This document shows, piece by piece, positions 39,395 to 52,221 of a stretch of DNA of 64,000 nt. Made by a program: the position numbers and the translations under genes. The DNA is from an uncultured Actinomycetota bacterium (lineage in GTDB: Bacteria; Actinomycetota; Actinomycetes; Propionibacteriales; Nocardioidaceae): positions 529,508 through 593,507 of the forward strand of contig CAWBBT010000001.1 of assembly GCA_963787165.1 (NCBI GenBank). The letters run 5' to 3'. Within the stretch, counting starts at the first letter, position 1. Every line of letters begins with the position of its first letter. Below the pieces are notes generated by a model. That model worked only from the letters and a program-made list of their open reading frames with translations, was not told the DNA's origin and ran no database searches.

Positions 39395-40386
39395 GCTCAG
39401 GCACCGGTGTCGGGTCGATGCCCGGGGAGGACGTCCGGGAGTCCCTGCGCATCATCCGCGGCGAGGTCGGCGACTTCGCGTTCGTCCCCGAGCTGCCGGC
39501 CCGAGGCCCGCACGCCGGCATGATCGGCCGGGCCCTGGCCGTCCTGGACGGGCTCGAGGGCGACCTCCAGCCCGGTGGCTGGCGTCTCGGTGTGGGCTCC
39601 GGAAGCGACTTCCGGCGTGCTCGCTCGCTGCTCGCGCAGGACCTCGACGTCGCCGAGGAGATGCTCGCCGACCACGCCGGACCGCTCAAGGTGCAGGTCA
39701 CAGGCCCCCTCACCCTGGCCGCAAACGTCGAGCGTGAGCGTGGCGACAAGCTGGTGGCCGACCACGGTGCCCGGCGCGAGCTGGCCGAGTCGCTCGCTGC
39801 GGGACTCACGACGCACGTGGCCGACGTCCGCCGGCGGTTCGGCCGGGCCGAGCAGGTCGTCGTGCAGGTCGACGAGCCGAGCATCACTGCCGTGCTCGGC
39901 GGAGGGGTGCCCACAGCCAGCGGGTTCGGCCGGCACCGCACCGTCCAGCCGCCCGAGGCCGACTCCCTGCTGCGCCTGGTGGTGGACGCGATCATCGCTG
40001 CCGGCGCCCGTCCCGTCGTGCACTCCTGTGCTGCCGACGTGCCGGTGTCGCTCCTCGCAGGCGCCGGATTCACGGCCATCTCCTTCGATCTCGGCCTCGC
40101 CGAGCCCGACGACGGGTGGTCTCAGCTCTTCGAGGCCGGCACCGACCTGTGGCCGGGCGTCGTCCCCTCGACGGATGCCGAGGTGACGGAGTCGGACCTG
40201 CGCAGGCGTGTGGAGAGGTTCTTCGACCGGCTCGGGTTCGACGAGGACGCCTCTGCGCACCGCACCGTGGTCACGCCGACGTGCGGGCTGGCCGGGGCGT
40301 CACCGGCTTGGGCGCGACGGGCCCTCAGCCTCGCGCAAGCCGTCGCCGGCGCATCAGTGCATAGCGGAGAAGAGCGAGACCGATGA
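39391..40386 (+). CDS. Cobalamin-independent methionine synthase C-terminal-domain-like protein
   Basis: [34 protein letters not shown] and TPTCGLAG motifs; conserved position between mnmA and ligA. Confidence 0.85.
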   Translation: MSSGTGVGSMPGEDVRESLRIIRGEVGDFAFVPELPARGPHAGMIGRALAVLDGLEGDLQPGGWRLGVGSGSDFRRARSLLAQDLDVAEEMLADHAGPLKVQVTGPLTLAANVERERGDKLVADHGARRELAESLAAGLTTHVADVRRRFGRAEQVVVQVDEPSITAVLGGGVPTASGFGRHRTVQPPEADSLLRLVVDAIIAAGARPVVHSCAADVPVSLLAGAGFTAISFDLGLAEPDDGWSQLFEAGTDLWPGVVPSTDAEVTESDLRRRVERFFDRLGFDEDASAHRTVVTPTCGLAGASPAWARRALSLAQAVAGASVHSGEERDR

Positions 40387-40522
40387 TCGCGACGATCCCG
40401 CCCGCGACGGTGAGGGCGACGTCGCCGTAGAACACGCCCGCCAGGACCACGCCGCCGACGAGGAGCACGACGCCGAGGACGGTGTCCCACACCCGCTGGG
40501 ATCCGGTGAGATGGTCGGACAC
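40325..40522 (-). CDS. Small 2-TM membrane protein (65 aa)
   Basis: GTG with GGAAGG RBS; [65 protein letters not shown]. Confidence 0.55.
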   Translation of the reverse strand: MSDHLTGSQRVWDTVLGVVLLVGGVVLAGVFYGDVALTVAGGIVAIIGLALLRYALMRRRRLARG

Positions 40523-40589
40523 GATGACCCTTCCGTTCGACTGGGTGCCATGCTCCCACGTCGGGCGAAGGGTCACCGCCCGACGATAG

Positions 40590-43433
<2,844 letters not shown>

Positions 43434-43447
<14 letters not shown>

Positions 43448-44273
43448 GCTGCGCGATGAGCTCGGCGAGCTCGGCCGGCCTCTCGTTGGGAAGCCAGTGG
43501 CTGTAGCCGGCCATCACCTCGAGACGGTAGTCGGCAGTCACGAACCGTTCGGTCAGCTCGACGGACCTGTGGCCGATGAAGTTGTCACCATCGCTCCACA
43601 CCATGGTGGTCGGCACCGAGACTCGGCCGGGGGTGCTCCGGAGACTGGTGAGCGGGAGCGCGCGATACCAGGCCAGCGCGCCATGGAGCGCGCCGTCCTC
43701 GACCATCTCCCGGTGGTACGCCTCGACCATGTCCTTGCTCATACCGCTTCCGCGGAGCAGTCGCTCGCTGAAACCGCCTTGACGACTCATCATCCACTCG
43801 GGCAGGAACGGGATCTGGAACAACGCGATGTAGTACGACTTCAGGGCCTGCACGCCCCGGACCAGCGAGCGTGCGTAGGCGCCTGGGTGAGGCACGGACA
43901 CCGCCGTGAGCGTCACCAGCGAGTCGGGATGGCGGGATGCGACACCCCACGCCCCGGCCGCGCCCCAGTCGTGACCGACGAGGTGGACCGGCTCCCCGAT
44001 CGCCGTGATGAGGGCTTGAACGTCGGAGATCAGGGCAGGAACCCGGTAGTCGCGTCGGCGTGGCGGCCTGGCGCGGGGGGAGTAGCCCCGCTGGTCGGGC
44101 GCGAACGTCCTCGCGCCGCGCTCGTGAAGGTGCGGCACGACGTCGTCCCACGACGTCGCCCGCTGCGGAAATCCGTGCAGGAGGACGACGGGCGTGCCGT
44201 CGATCGGACCCTCGTCCCGGACGTCGAACACCAGGTCGTCATTGCCGTACTCGGTCAGACGATCAGGGCGCAT
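43434..44273 (-). CDS. Alpha/beta hydrolase (epoxide hydrolase-like)
   Basis: LLHGFP, PDQRGYS, VGHDWGA and SHWLP motifs. Confidence 0.92.
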
Positions 44274-44324
44274 GCGCACACTCTAGGATGGTGCGACACC
44301 CTCCGATCTCGAAGGGATCCCTGC

Positions 44325-44636
44325 ATGTCCGACCCCGTCTCGGGTATCTCGCGCGCGGACGTCGCCCATCTGGCCGACCTCGCGCGCATCTCGCTGAGCG
44401 ACGACGAGCTCGACCACCTCGCCGCCGAGCTGCCGGCGATCCTCGAGCACGTCCGCGTCGTGCAGGAGGCGGCCGGCGACGACGTCACACCGATGAGCCA
44501 CCCGCTGCCGATCAGCAACGTCTTCCGCGACGACGAGGTGCGCGAGAGCCTGACGGCCGAAGAGGCACTCGAGGCTGCACCCGCGAGCGAGCAGCAGCGC
44601 TTCCTCGTCCCGAGGATCCTGGGAGACGAGCAGTGA
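44325..44636 (+). CDS. gatC: Asp/Glu-tRNA amidotransferase subunit C
   Basis: [20 protein letters not shown] and NVFRDD motifs. Confidence 0.93.
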   Translation: MSDPVSGISRADVAHLADLARISLSDDELDHLAAELPAILEHVRVVQEAAGDDVTPMSHPLPISNVFRDDEVRESLTAEEALEAAPASEQQRFLVPRILGDEQ

Positions 44637-46141
44637 CCGATCCGATCCGCGCGACGGCCGACGAGCTGTCGCGCCGGCTCACGGCTCGTGAGGTCAGCTC
44701 CGTCGAGCTCACCCAGGCGTACGTCGACCGGATCGGCGCCGTCGACGAAGAGATCCACGCGTTCCTCCACGTCGACACCGAGGGTGCGCTCGCGACCGCC
44801 CGCGACGTCGACGCTCGCCGCGCGGCCGGTGAGGAGCTGCACCCACTGGCCGGCGTGCCGGTCGCCGTCAAGGACGTCATCACCACCAAGGGCGTGCCCA
44901 CCACGGCCGGCTCGCGCATCCTCGAGGGCTGGGTGCCGCCGTACGACGCCACGGTGACGCGGAGGCTCAAGGCCGCCGGTCTTCCCATCCTCGGCAAGAC
45001 CAACATGGACGAGTTCGCCATGGGCTCCTCCACCGAACATTCCGGGTACGGGCCCACGCGCAACCCGTGGGACACCGGCCGCATCCCCGGCGGGTCCGGC
45101 GGCGGATCCGCGGCCGCGGTCGCCGCGTTCGAGGCGCCGCTCGCCGTCGGCACCGACACCGGTGGGTCCATCCGGCAGCCCGGAGCCATGACGGGCACGG
45201 TCGGGGTCAAACCGACCTATGGTGGCGTCTCCCGCTACGGGCTCATCGCCCTCGCCAGCAGCCTCGACCAGGCCGGCCCCGTCACCCGCTCGGTGCTCGA
45301 CGCCGCGCTGCTGCACGAGGTCATCGCCGGCTACGACCACTGCGACTCCACCAGCATCGACAGCCCGGTGCCGCCCGTCGTCGAGGCCGCGCGCCGGGCC
45401 GACGTCGGCGGCCTGCGCATCGGTGTCGTACGCGAGCTCGGCGGGGAGGGATTCCACCCGGACGTCAGTGCGCGGTTCGACGAGTCGCTGGCCCTGCTCG
45501 AGGGCGCCGGCGCCGAGATCGTCGAGGTCTCGTGCCCCAGCTTCGTCCACGCCCTGGCCGCGTACTACCTGATCCTGCCGAGCGAGGCGAGCAGCAACCT
45601 CGCCAGGTTCGACGCGATGCGGTACGGACTTCGCGTCGGCCCCGACGGCGTCGACGCCCCCAGCGCCGAGCAGGTCATGGCGGCCAGCCGCGACGCGGGC
45701 TTCGGCGACGAGGTCAAGCGCCGCATCATCCTGGGCACGTATGCGCTGTCCAGCGGCTACTACGACGCCTACTACGGCTCGGCCCAGAAGGTTCGCACGC
45801 TCATCGCCCAGGACTTCGAGGCCGCGTTCGAGCAGGTCGACGTGCTCGCGTCGCCCACGTCGCCCACCACGGCCTTCCCGTTCGGTGACAAGCTCGACGA
45901 CCCGCTGTCGATGTACGCGCAGGACGTCGCCACCATCCCGGCCAACCTGGCCGGCATCCCGGGGTTGTCGCTCCCGTCCGGCCTGGCGGCCGACGGGCTC
46001 CCGACCGGGTTCCAGCTCCTCGCACCGGCCCTGGCCGACGACCGGCTCTACAACACCGGCGCTGCGCTCGAGCGCCTGCTCGAGGAGCAGTGGGGCGGCA
46101 CGATCCTCGATCGAGCACCCGAGCTGGAGGTGGCACCGTGA
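44633..46141 (+). CDS. gatA: Asp/Glu-tRNA amidotransferase subunit A
   Basis: [23 protein letters not shown] and [11 protein letters not shown] motifs. Confidence 0.96.
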   Translation: MTDPIRATADELSRRLTAREVSSVELTQAYVDRIGAVDEEIHAFLHVDTEGALATARDVDARRAAGEELHPLAGVPVAVKDVITTKGVPTTAGSRILEGWVPPYDATVTRRLKAAGLPILGKTNMDEFAMGSSTEHSGYGPTRNPWDTGRIPGGSGGGSAAAVAAFEAPLAVGTDTGGSIRQPGAMTGTVGVKPTYGGVSRYGLIALASSLDQAGPVTRSVLDAALLHEVIAGYDHCDSTSIDSPVPPVVEAARRADVGGLRIGVVRELGGEGFHPDVSARFDESLALLEGAGAEIVEVSCPSFVHALAAYYLILPSEASSNLARFDAMRYGLRVGPDGVDAPSAEQVMAASRDAGFGDEVKRRIILGTYALSSGYYDAYYGSAQKVRTLIAQDFEAAFEQVDVLASPTSPTTAFPFGDKLDDPLSMYAQDVATIPANLAGIPGLSLPSGLAADGLPTGFQLLAPALADDRLYNTGAALERLLEEQWGGTILDRAPELEVAP

Positions 46142-47640
46142 CTGCCCTGGTCGAGCTCGACGACGCGCTGTCGCGGTACCAGCCGGTGATGGGCCTCGAG
46201 GTCCACATCGAGCTCAACACGGCGTCCAAGATGTTCTGCGGGTGTGCCACGGGATTCGGGGCCGAGCCGAACACTCAGGTGTGTCCGGTGTGCCTCGGGC
46301 TCCCCGGCGCCCTGCCGGTCGTCAACGCCAAGGCCGTCGAGTCGGCCATTCGCATCGGCCTTGCCCTGAACTGCCAGATCGCCGCGTGGTGCCGGTTCGC
46401 GCGCAAGAACTACTTCTACCCGGACATGCCGAAGAACTTCCAGACGTCGCAGTACGACGAGCCGATCGCCCACGACGGCTGGACCGAGATCGAGGTCCCG
46501 ACCGCTGACGGGGTCGAGACGTACCGCATCGAGATCGAGCGGGCGCACATGGAGGAGGACACCGGCAAGTCGCTGCACGTCGGCGGTGCCACCGGCCGCA
46601 TCCACGGAGCCGACCACTCGCTCGTCGACTACAACCGGGCCGGCATCCCGCTGATCGAGATCGTCACGAAGACCATCGAGGTACCAGGCGACAAGGCCGC
46701 TCTGGTCGCGCGAGCGTACGTCTCGCACCTGCGCGACCTCATCGGCGGCCTCGGCGTCTCCGACGTCCGCATGGACCAGGGCTCGCTGCGATGCGACGTC
46801 AACCTCTCCCTCAAGCCACTGGGCAGTGAGGAGCTCGGCACCCGGTCGGAGACGAAGAACGTCAACTCGTTCCGTTCGGTCGAGCGCGCCGCCACGTACG
46901 AGATCCGGCGTCACGCCGCGATTCTCGACGCAGGGGAGAAGGTCGTGCAGGAGACACGGCACTTCCACGAGAGCGACGGCAGCACGTCGGCCGGACGCGA
47001 GAAGTCCGACGCCGACGACTACCGCTACTTCCCGGAGCCCGACCTCGCCCCGATCGCGCCGTCGCGCGACTGGGTCGAGGAGCTGCGAGGGACGCTGCCC
47101 GAGCCCCCGTCGGTGCGTCGGCGTCGCCTCCAGGACGACTGGGACTTCAGCGACCTCGACATGCGCGACACGATCGGCGCCGGTGCGCTGGACCTCATCG
47201 TCGCCACGGTCGACGCCGGTGCCGCGCCACAGGCAGCCCGCAAGTGGTGGCTCGGCGAGCTCGCCCGGCGTGCCAACGAGCAGGACGTCGACCTCGCCGC
47301 CCTGCCCATCACGCCTGAGCAGGTCGCCGGCATCCAGGCCCTCATCGACGCCGGACGCGTCAACGACAAGCTCGCCCGCCAGGTGTTCGACGGAGTCCTG
47401 GCCGGTGAGGGCGACCCCGAAGAGGTCGTCGCGTCGCGCGGCATCGAGGTCGTCTCCGACGACAGTGCGCTGGGCGACGCCGTCGACCGTGCCATCGAGG
47501 CCAACCCCGACGTCGCGCAGAAGATCCGCGACGGCAAGGTCGCCGCGGCGGGCGCGCTCATCGGCGCGGTCATGAAGGAGATGCGCGGTCAGGCCGACGC
47601 CGCGCGGGTGCGCGAGCTCATTCTGGAGAAGCTCGGCTGA
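46138..47640 (+). CDS. gatB: Asp/Glu-tRNA amidotransferase subunit B
   Basis: [31 protein letters not shown] and YRYFPEPDL motifs. Confidence 0.96.
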   Translation: MTALVELDDALSRYQPVMGLEVHIELNTASKMFCGCATGFGAEPNTQVCPVCLGLPGALPVVNAKAVESAIRIGLALNCQIAAWCRFARKNYFYPDMPKNFQTSQYDEPIAHDGWTEIEVPTADGVETYRIEIERAHMEEDTGKSLHVGGATGRIHGADHSLVDYNRAGIPLIEIVTKTIEVPGDKAALVARAYVSHLRDLIGGLGVSDVRMDQGSLRCDVNLSLKPLGSEELGTRSETKNVNSFRSVERAATYEIRRHAAILDAGEKVVQETRHFHESDGSTSAGREKSDADDYRYFPEPDLAPIAPSRDWVEELRGTLPEPPSVRRRRLQDDWDFSDLDMRDTIGAGALDLIVATVDAGAAPQAARKWWLGELARRANEQDVDLAALPITPEQVAGIQALIDAGRVNDKLARQVFDGVLAGEGDPEEVVASRGIEVVSDDSALGDAVDRAIEANPDVAQKIRDGKVAAAGALIGAVMKEMRGQADAARVRELILEKLG

Positions 47641-48561
47641 TCAGCCGTGGTGGTCGGCACACCACGCCTCGCGCTCGGCCCTGAGCTTGGGCCCAGCCGT
47701 GAACATGCGCCTGAGCGTGCGAGCCTGCGCGGCCGAATAGGCCTCGATCGAGTGCTCGGCCTGGGAGCGCTGGCGGGGAGTCTTGGCCAGCGCGAGCTTC
47801 TCGGCGTTCCGCCACACCATCTCCCGCCACCCACGCATGATCACTCCGGCCGCGGTCTCCTCGAGCGTCGAGACGTCGATGTCGTCGAAGCGCTTGTCGA
47901 ACCGGGCCGCCTCCTCGGCGAACACCGGTTCGTACAGGGAATCCAGGCGGCGGTTGTAGGCGTTGTGGTCCGACTTGTGCGAGACGCCGTCCGCACCGGT
48001 GAGGCCGACCTCGGCGAGCGCGTAGGAGAAGTCGCGGTTGATGTGCGCATTCATGGCGAGCATGAAGTTGCCCAGACCAGAGACGGCCTTGTCGTCCGCC
48101 GCCTTGAGCGCGATCTGCCACGCCAGCGGGATCGACGCCTTGGCTGCGGCGTCGCCGTTGTTCCAGGTGTCCAGCGCGGTGAAGTAGTCGTGCGCGAAGA
48201 CGGCGTCGAGCTGGCCGAGCCAGACCCGGTCGCGGAAGTAGCCGCTGTTGACGGCGTCACGCACGTTCTCGGTCACCCGGAGGTAGGCGAGGGAGAAGAC
48301 CGCGTCATGGTCGCACGCCGGGGCGAGGACGTTCAGTCGCTGCTGCATCTCCGAGATGGTGGCCTCGATGCAGGACGGTGACCCGTCCGGGCAGATCGTG
48401 CCGGTGTACGGGACGTGTGGTGCAGGCCGCGGCGGGAGAAGCTCGATCACCGGGTCGACAGGCTTGGGATTGACCAGTCCGGCCGCTGCGGGGGACATCG
48501 AGCCGGACACCGCGAGCGTGACGAACAACGTCAGGACGAGACCGAGGCGAGCAAGGCGCAT
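47641..48561 (-). CDS. Secreted DUF5995-like protein
   Basis: Signal peptide; FSLAYLRVT...LDAVFAHDY...PLAW...AMNAHINRD motif. Confidence 0.7.
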   Translation of the reverse strand: MRLARLGLVLTLFVTLAVSGSMSPAAAGLVNPKPVDPVIELLPPRPAPHVPYTGTICPDGSPSCIEATISEMQQRLNVLAPACDHDAVFSLAYLRVTENVRDAVNSGYFRDRVWLGQLDAVFAHDYFTALDTWNNGDAAAKASIPLAWQIALKAADDKAVSGLGNFMLAMNAHINRDFSYALAEVGLTGADGVSHKSDHNAYNRRLDSLYEPVFAEEAARFDKRFDDIDVSTLEETAAGVIMRGWREMVWRNAEKLALAKTPRQRSQAEHSIEAYSAAQARTLRRMFTAGPKLRAEREAWCADHHG

Positions 48562-48615
48562 GGTCGTTTCAACGACCTCGAGGCGTTCGCGGTTACGAAA
48601 CCGACGTGTGGAGCG

Positions 48616-49500
48616 TCAGCCCACGCGGTCGATGAGGGCCTTGAGCTCCTCGAGCATGACCTCTGGGTACTCCACGGGGAGGAAGTGCGTGCCCTCCAGC
48701 TCGCGGTAGATCGCTCCCGGGATCCGCTCGGACGCGGCACGCATCTGCTTGGCGCCGGTCAGCACGTCCCATCGTCCGGCCACGAACGTCACCGGCACCG
48801 ACACCCGCGACAACGAGACGCGCGAGTGCTTGGTGACGTCCATCGCGAGATGGGCGTACCACCGGGGGTCGGTGGTGCAGAACTCCTGCAACATCGCCCG
48901 CAGCTCCTCGGTGTCGGCCGCCGGGTTGATGAGGTGCGTGCGGCGCAGCATGTTCGCCACCGCGTTGGTCCACGGGATGTTCTTCGAGACGAGGCCGATG
49001 GCGCGACCGCCCACCAGCCCGGTGAGCACGAGCCCGGTCATCATGCGCTTCGCGACCGGACCCGGGATGTGCAGGGGTTCGAGCATCGTGCCGAACGTGT
49101 TGCCGGGCACGCCTGCCACGGCCAGGATGCCGGTCACCCGTTCCGGGTGGCGGTTGGCCAGCTCGAACGCGACCGTGACGCCGGCCGACCACGCGGGCAC
49201 GACGGCGGACTCGATGCCAGCGTCCTCCATCACCGCGAGCGCGTCCTCGACGTAGGAGTCCAGGTCGACCCGCCGGCTCTTCGGCTGCTCCGAGCCGCTC
49301 ACCCCGCGGTGGTTCCACCCGACGACGCGCAAGCCGCAGTCGGGCCGGAGCAGGGACGGCCAGGCGTGCGGGTTGGTGCCGAGCCCGTTGCTCAGCAGGA
49401 CGGTGGGCCCGTCGCCGCCGTTCGTCCAGGCCCGGATGCGCGTGCCGTCGGCGCTGTCGATGTCGTGGTACCGGACGCGCGCGGCGTGTGAAGAGGTCAC
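48616..49500 (-). CDS. Alpha/beta hydrolase
   Basis: LSNGLG, WNHRG, nucleophile elbow AWSAG and GTHFLP motifs. Confidence 0.88.
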   Translation of the reverse strand: MTSSHAARVRYHDIDSADGTRIRAWTNGGDGPTVLLSNGLGTNPHAWPSLLRPDCGLRVVGWNHRGVSGSEQPKSRRVDLDSYVEDALAVMEDAGIESAVVPAWSAGVTVAFELANRHPERVTGILAVAGVPGNTFGTMLEPLHIPGPVAKRMMTGLVLTGLVGGRAIGLVSKNIPWTNAVANMLRRTHLINPAADTEELRAMLQEFCTTDPRWYAHLAMDVTKHSRVSLSRVSVPVTFVAGRWDVLTGAKQMRAASERIPGAIYRELEGTHFLPVEYPEVMLEELKALIDRVG

Positions 49501-49573
49501 GACCAGCGATTGTCCACTGCCTGACGCCCATCTGCACAGTGTTCTTCGAGTCCGGGGCTCGTAGAGTCAAGCC

Positions 49574-50602
49574 ATGACGTCGACCAGATCGCGTACGGCC
49601 GACCTCGTGCTCGAGGGTGGAGGCGTCAAGGGGATCGCCCTTGTCGGAGCGGCCACCGCGCTCGACGAGGCCGGCTGGACCTTCGCCCGCGTCGCCGGTT
49701 CGTCGGCTGGCGCCCTCGTGGGCGCGATCATCGCCGCCATGCAGCAGGCCGGCGAGCCGATGTCCCGCGTCGACGAGATCATGCGCACGATCGACTACCG
49801 CCAGATGCTCGATCGTCGCCCGATCGGCAAGGCCTTGCGGTGGTGGCCGCTTGCTGCCAACGGCTGGGGCCTCGCGTTCCACCTCGGCATGTACCGCGGC
49901 CACTACATGACGGAGTGGGCGCGCGGTGTCCTCGGTGACCTCGGCGTGCACACGTTCGCCGACTTCGCCTTCGACGACCCCGGGTCGGCGCTGGCGCCCG
50001 AGCAGTCGTACCGGCTGCTCGTCACCGCGAGCGACCTGAGCCGGCAGCGGCTCATGTACCTCCCGTGGGACCTCGCGTCTTACGGCATCGATGCGCCGGG
50101 CTACCCGGTCGCCCGCGCGGTCCGGGCCTCGTCGGCGATCCCGTTCATGTTCGAGCCGGTCCGGCTGGAGTCGGAGTATGGCGTCTCGACGCTCGCGGAC
50201 GGGTCACTTCTGCGCAGCTATCCGATCGAGATCTTCGACCGCCACGACGGCAAGCCGGAACGGTGGCCGACCGTCGGCATCCGCCTCAGCTCGCCGTCCA
50301 GCGAGCGTGCGCCGGCCAAGCCGGTCACCGGGCCCATCTCCCTCATGCAGAGCCTCATCTACACGACGGTCGACTCGACCCAGGTCAGGCACATCAGCGA
50401 CGTGAGCGATGTCGACCGCAGCATCTTCGCCAAGCCGCGAGGCGTGAGCTGGACCGACTTCGATCTCACCCCTGAGCAGCAACAGAGCCTGTTCGAGGCC
50501 GGCTACGCGGCAGGCCAGAAGTGGGTCGCGAAGTTCCCCGACGGCCCGGCGCCTCGCGAGCCCGATGCCGTGCCGGGCGGTGGCCAGATCGACGTGGGCT
50601 AG
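49574..50602 (+). CDS. Patatin-like phospholipase
   Basis: LEGGGVKG, GSSAG, ASSAIP and DGSLL (DGG-like) motifs. Confidence 0.9.
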   Translation: MTSTRSRTADLVLEGGGVKGIALVGAATALDEAGWTFARVAGSSAGALVGAIIAAMQQAGEPMSRVDEIMRTIDYRQMLDRRPIGKALRWWPLAANGWGLAFHLGMYRGHYMTEWARGVLGDLGVHTFADFAFDDPGSALAPEQSYRLLVTASDLSRQRLMYLPWDLASYGIDAPGYPVARAVRASSAIPFMFEPVRLESEYGVSTLADGSLLRSYPIEIFDRHDGKPERWPTVGIRLSSPSSERAPAKPVTGPISLMQSLIYTTVDSTQVRHISDVSDVDRSIFAKPRGVSWTDFDLTPEQQQSLFEAGYAAGQKWVAKFPDGPAPREPDAVPGGGQIDVG

Positions 50603-51453
50603 GAGCGCCCAGCGGCGAGGAAGTCGACGAGCGTCTCGGCGCCGTGCTCGGCGTTGTCGAGGAAGAGGCTGGGCTCGGTGAGCTCGAGCTCGATGAGCTG
50701 CGGTGCGCCGTCAGGGGCCGTGACGAGATCGACCCGCGCGTACGCCAGGGACTCGGCAGTGCCCACGGTCGACGGGATCGCGGCGAGCACCTGCTCGGCG
50801 ACGTCGAGCTGGGCCGCGGTCGGTGCCCGCGGCGAGATGACCTCGCGCTGGTCGCGGTCCTGACGCACCCCTTCGCCGCGTTCGAGCAAGGGCCCCTTGC
50901 GGATGCCGTGCGAGAACCGGCCACCGAAGAAGATCAGGGCGGTCTCGCCGTCGCTGTCGACGGAGGCCACGTAGGGCTGCACCATCACGGTGCGTCCGGC
51001 GGCGATGAGCTCCTCGCTGTGGGCGTAGACCTCATCGGGGTCGCCCCAGCGAGCGGTGTCCTTCGAGCCACCCGAGATGCTCGGCTTGACCACCCACTCC
51101 TCGGAGTCGGGGAGGTCGTCGCCGCGGCGCACGTCCCAGCGGGTGTCGATCACGGGCACGCCGGCCGCCGCGAGCTCACGGAGATAGACCTTGTCGGTGT
51201 TCCAGGTCAGGACGTCGGCGGAGTTGAGCAGCCTCGGCACCTGCTGGGCCCACCCGAGGAAGGCGTCGCGACGGTCGATGTAGTCCCAGCAGGACCGGAC
51301 CACGACGACGTCGTAGGCCGCCCAGTCCACGTTGTCGTCGTCCCACACGGCGATCTCGGCGTCGAGCCCGCCTGCCTTGGCGGCGCTGACCAGCAAGGGG
51401 AGGTCGACGTCGAGCGATGCGTACTGTCGGCCGGTGGCGAACGCGATGGTCAC
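50599..51453 (-). CDS. ATP-grasp (RimK/glutathione synthetase-like) ligase
   Basis: RSCWDY, WNTDKVYL, VVKPSISGG, MVQPY, YARVD and ELELTEPSLF motifs; start at GTG 51453 inferred. Confidence 0.85.
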   Translation of the reverse strand: MTIAFATGRQYASLDVDLPLLVSAAKAGGLDAEIAVWDDDNVDWAAYDVVVVRSCWDYIDRRDAFLGWAQQVPRLLNSADVLTWNTDKVYLRELAAAGVPVIDTRWDVRRGDDLPDSEEWVVKPSISGGSKDTARWGDPDEVYAHSEELIAAGRTVMVQPYVASVDSDGETALIFFGGRFSHGIRKGPLLERGEGVRQDRDQREVISPRAPTAAQLDVAEQVLAAIPSTVGTAESLAYARVDLVTAPDGAPQLIELELTEPSLFLDNAEHGAETLVDFLAAGRS

Positions 51454-51490
51454 GGGTGCCACTGTAGGGGCGCAGGGTGCGAGACACCCG

Positions 51491-51565
51491 ATGAAGCCAT
51501 GCACTTGATTCATGCTAGATGAAGCGATAACATTCATCCTATGAACATGAAGGCGGATGCTTCAA
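51491..51565 (+). promoter_or_regulatory. Promoter TTGATT-N17-TAACAT with iterated ATGAA/TTCAT half-sites
   Basis: -35 at 51505-51510; -10 at 51528-51533; TTCAT-N5-ATGAA at 51509-51523; TTCAT-N3-ATGAA at 51533-51545; extra ATGAAG at 51491 and 51547; CTTCAA at 51560. Confidence 0.7.
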
Positions 51566-52221
51566 TCCAGGTCGCACTCATCGGCGACCTGGTGGGCTCG
51601 CGACGTTCGACGTCCCGCAGCGAGGTGCAGCAGCACCTCATCGACGCGCTCGCCGTGGCCAACGCGACGGCGATGTCGATCCAGGCCCTCGCACCCACGT
51701 TCGGCGACGAGGTCCAGGGTGTCTTCGCGGACGTCGGGTCGGCACTCAGGGCGAGCCTCGTCGTCCGCCTCGCCCTGCCGGCCGACGTCGACTGCCGGTT
51801 CGGCCTCGGCGTCGGCACCCTCGAGATCGTCGGAACGTCCGAGTACGGTCACACGCAGGACGGCCCCGCGTGGTGGGCGGCTCGCGACGCGATCGTCGAG
51901 GCCAAGCGCCGCGAGAGCGGTCAGAACAAGCGGCTGCGCACGTGGGTCGCCGTCTCCGATCGTGGCGGGCCGGCATCCGAAGGGGGACTGATCGATGGAG
52001 GGGTCGATGAAGGACTCGTCAACGCCTTCGTGCTGTGCCGGGACGAGCTCGTGAGCCGCCTCGACGCGCGCCAGCGCCGCCTGGTTCTCGGCGTCCTCCG
52101 CGGAACCACCCAGAAGGACCTCGCGGCGGCCGAGGGCATCTCGCCGTCGGCGGTCTCCCAGAGCCTCCAGCGGGCCGGCGCGTTCGCCATCCTGGGCGCC
52201 ACCGAGCTGAGTGCGCCGTGA
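51541..52221 (+). CDS. SatD-family protein (nucleotidyl-cyclase/GGDEF-like palm domain + C-terminal HTH)
   Basis: IGDLVGSR, TFGDEVQG, RFGLGVG and DGPAWWAAR motifs; HTH TQKDLAAAEGISPSAVSQSL. Confidence 0.8.
   Translation: MNMKADASIQVALIGDLVGSRRSTSRSEVQQHLIDALAVANATAMSIQALAPTFGDEVQGVFADVGSALRASLVVRLALPADVDCRFGLGVGTLEIVGTSEYGHTQDGPAWWAARDAIVEAKRRESGQNKRLRTWVAVSDRGGPASEGGLIDGGVDEGLVNAFVLCRDELVSRLDARQRRLVLGVLRGTTQKDLAAAEGISPSAVSQSLQRAGAFAILGATELSAP

Noticed and set aside
49574-50602. Patatin as a CBASS CapV effector
   Set aside because: No CD-NTase or Cap2/3 is adjacent, and it is not co-oriented in an operon with satD. Retained only as a weak neighbourhood note.
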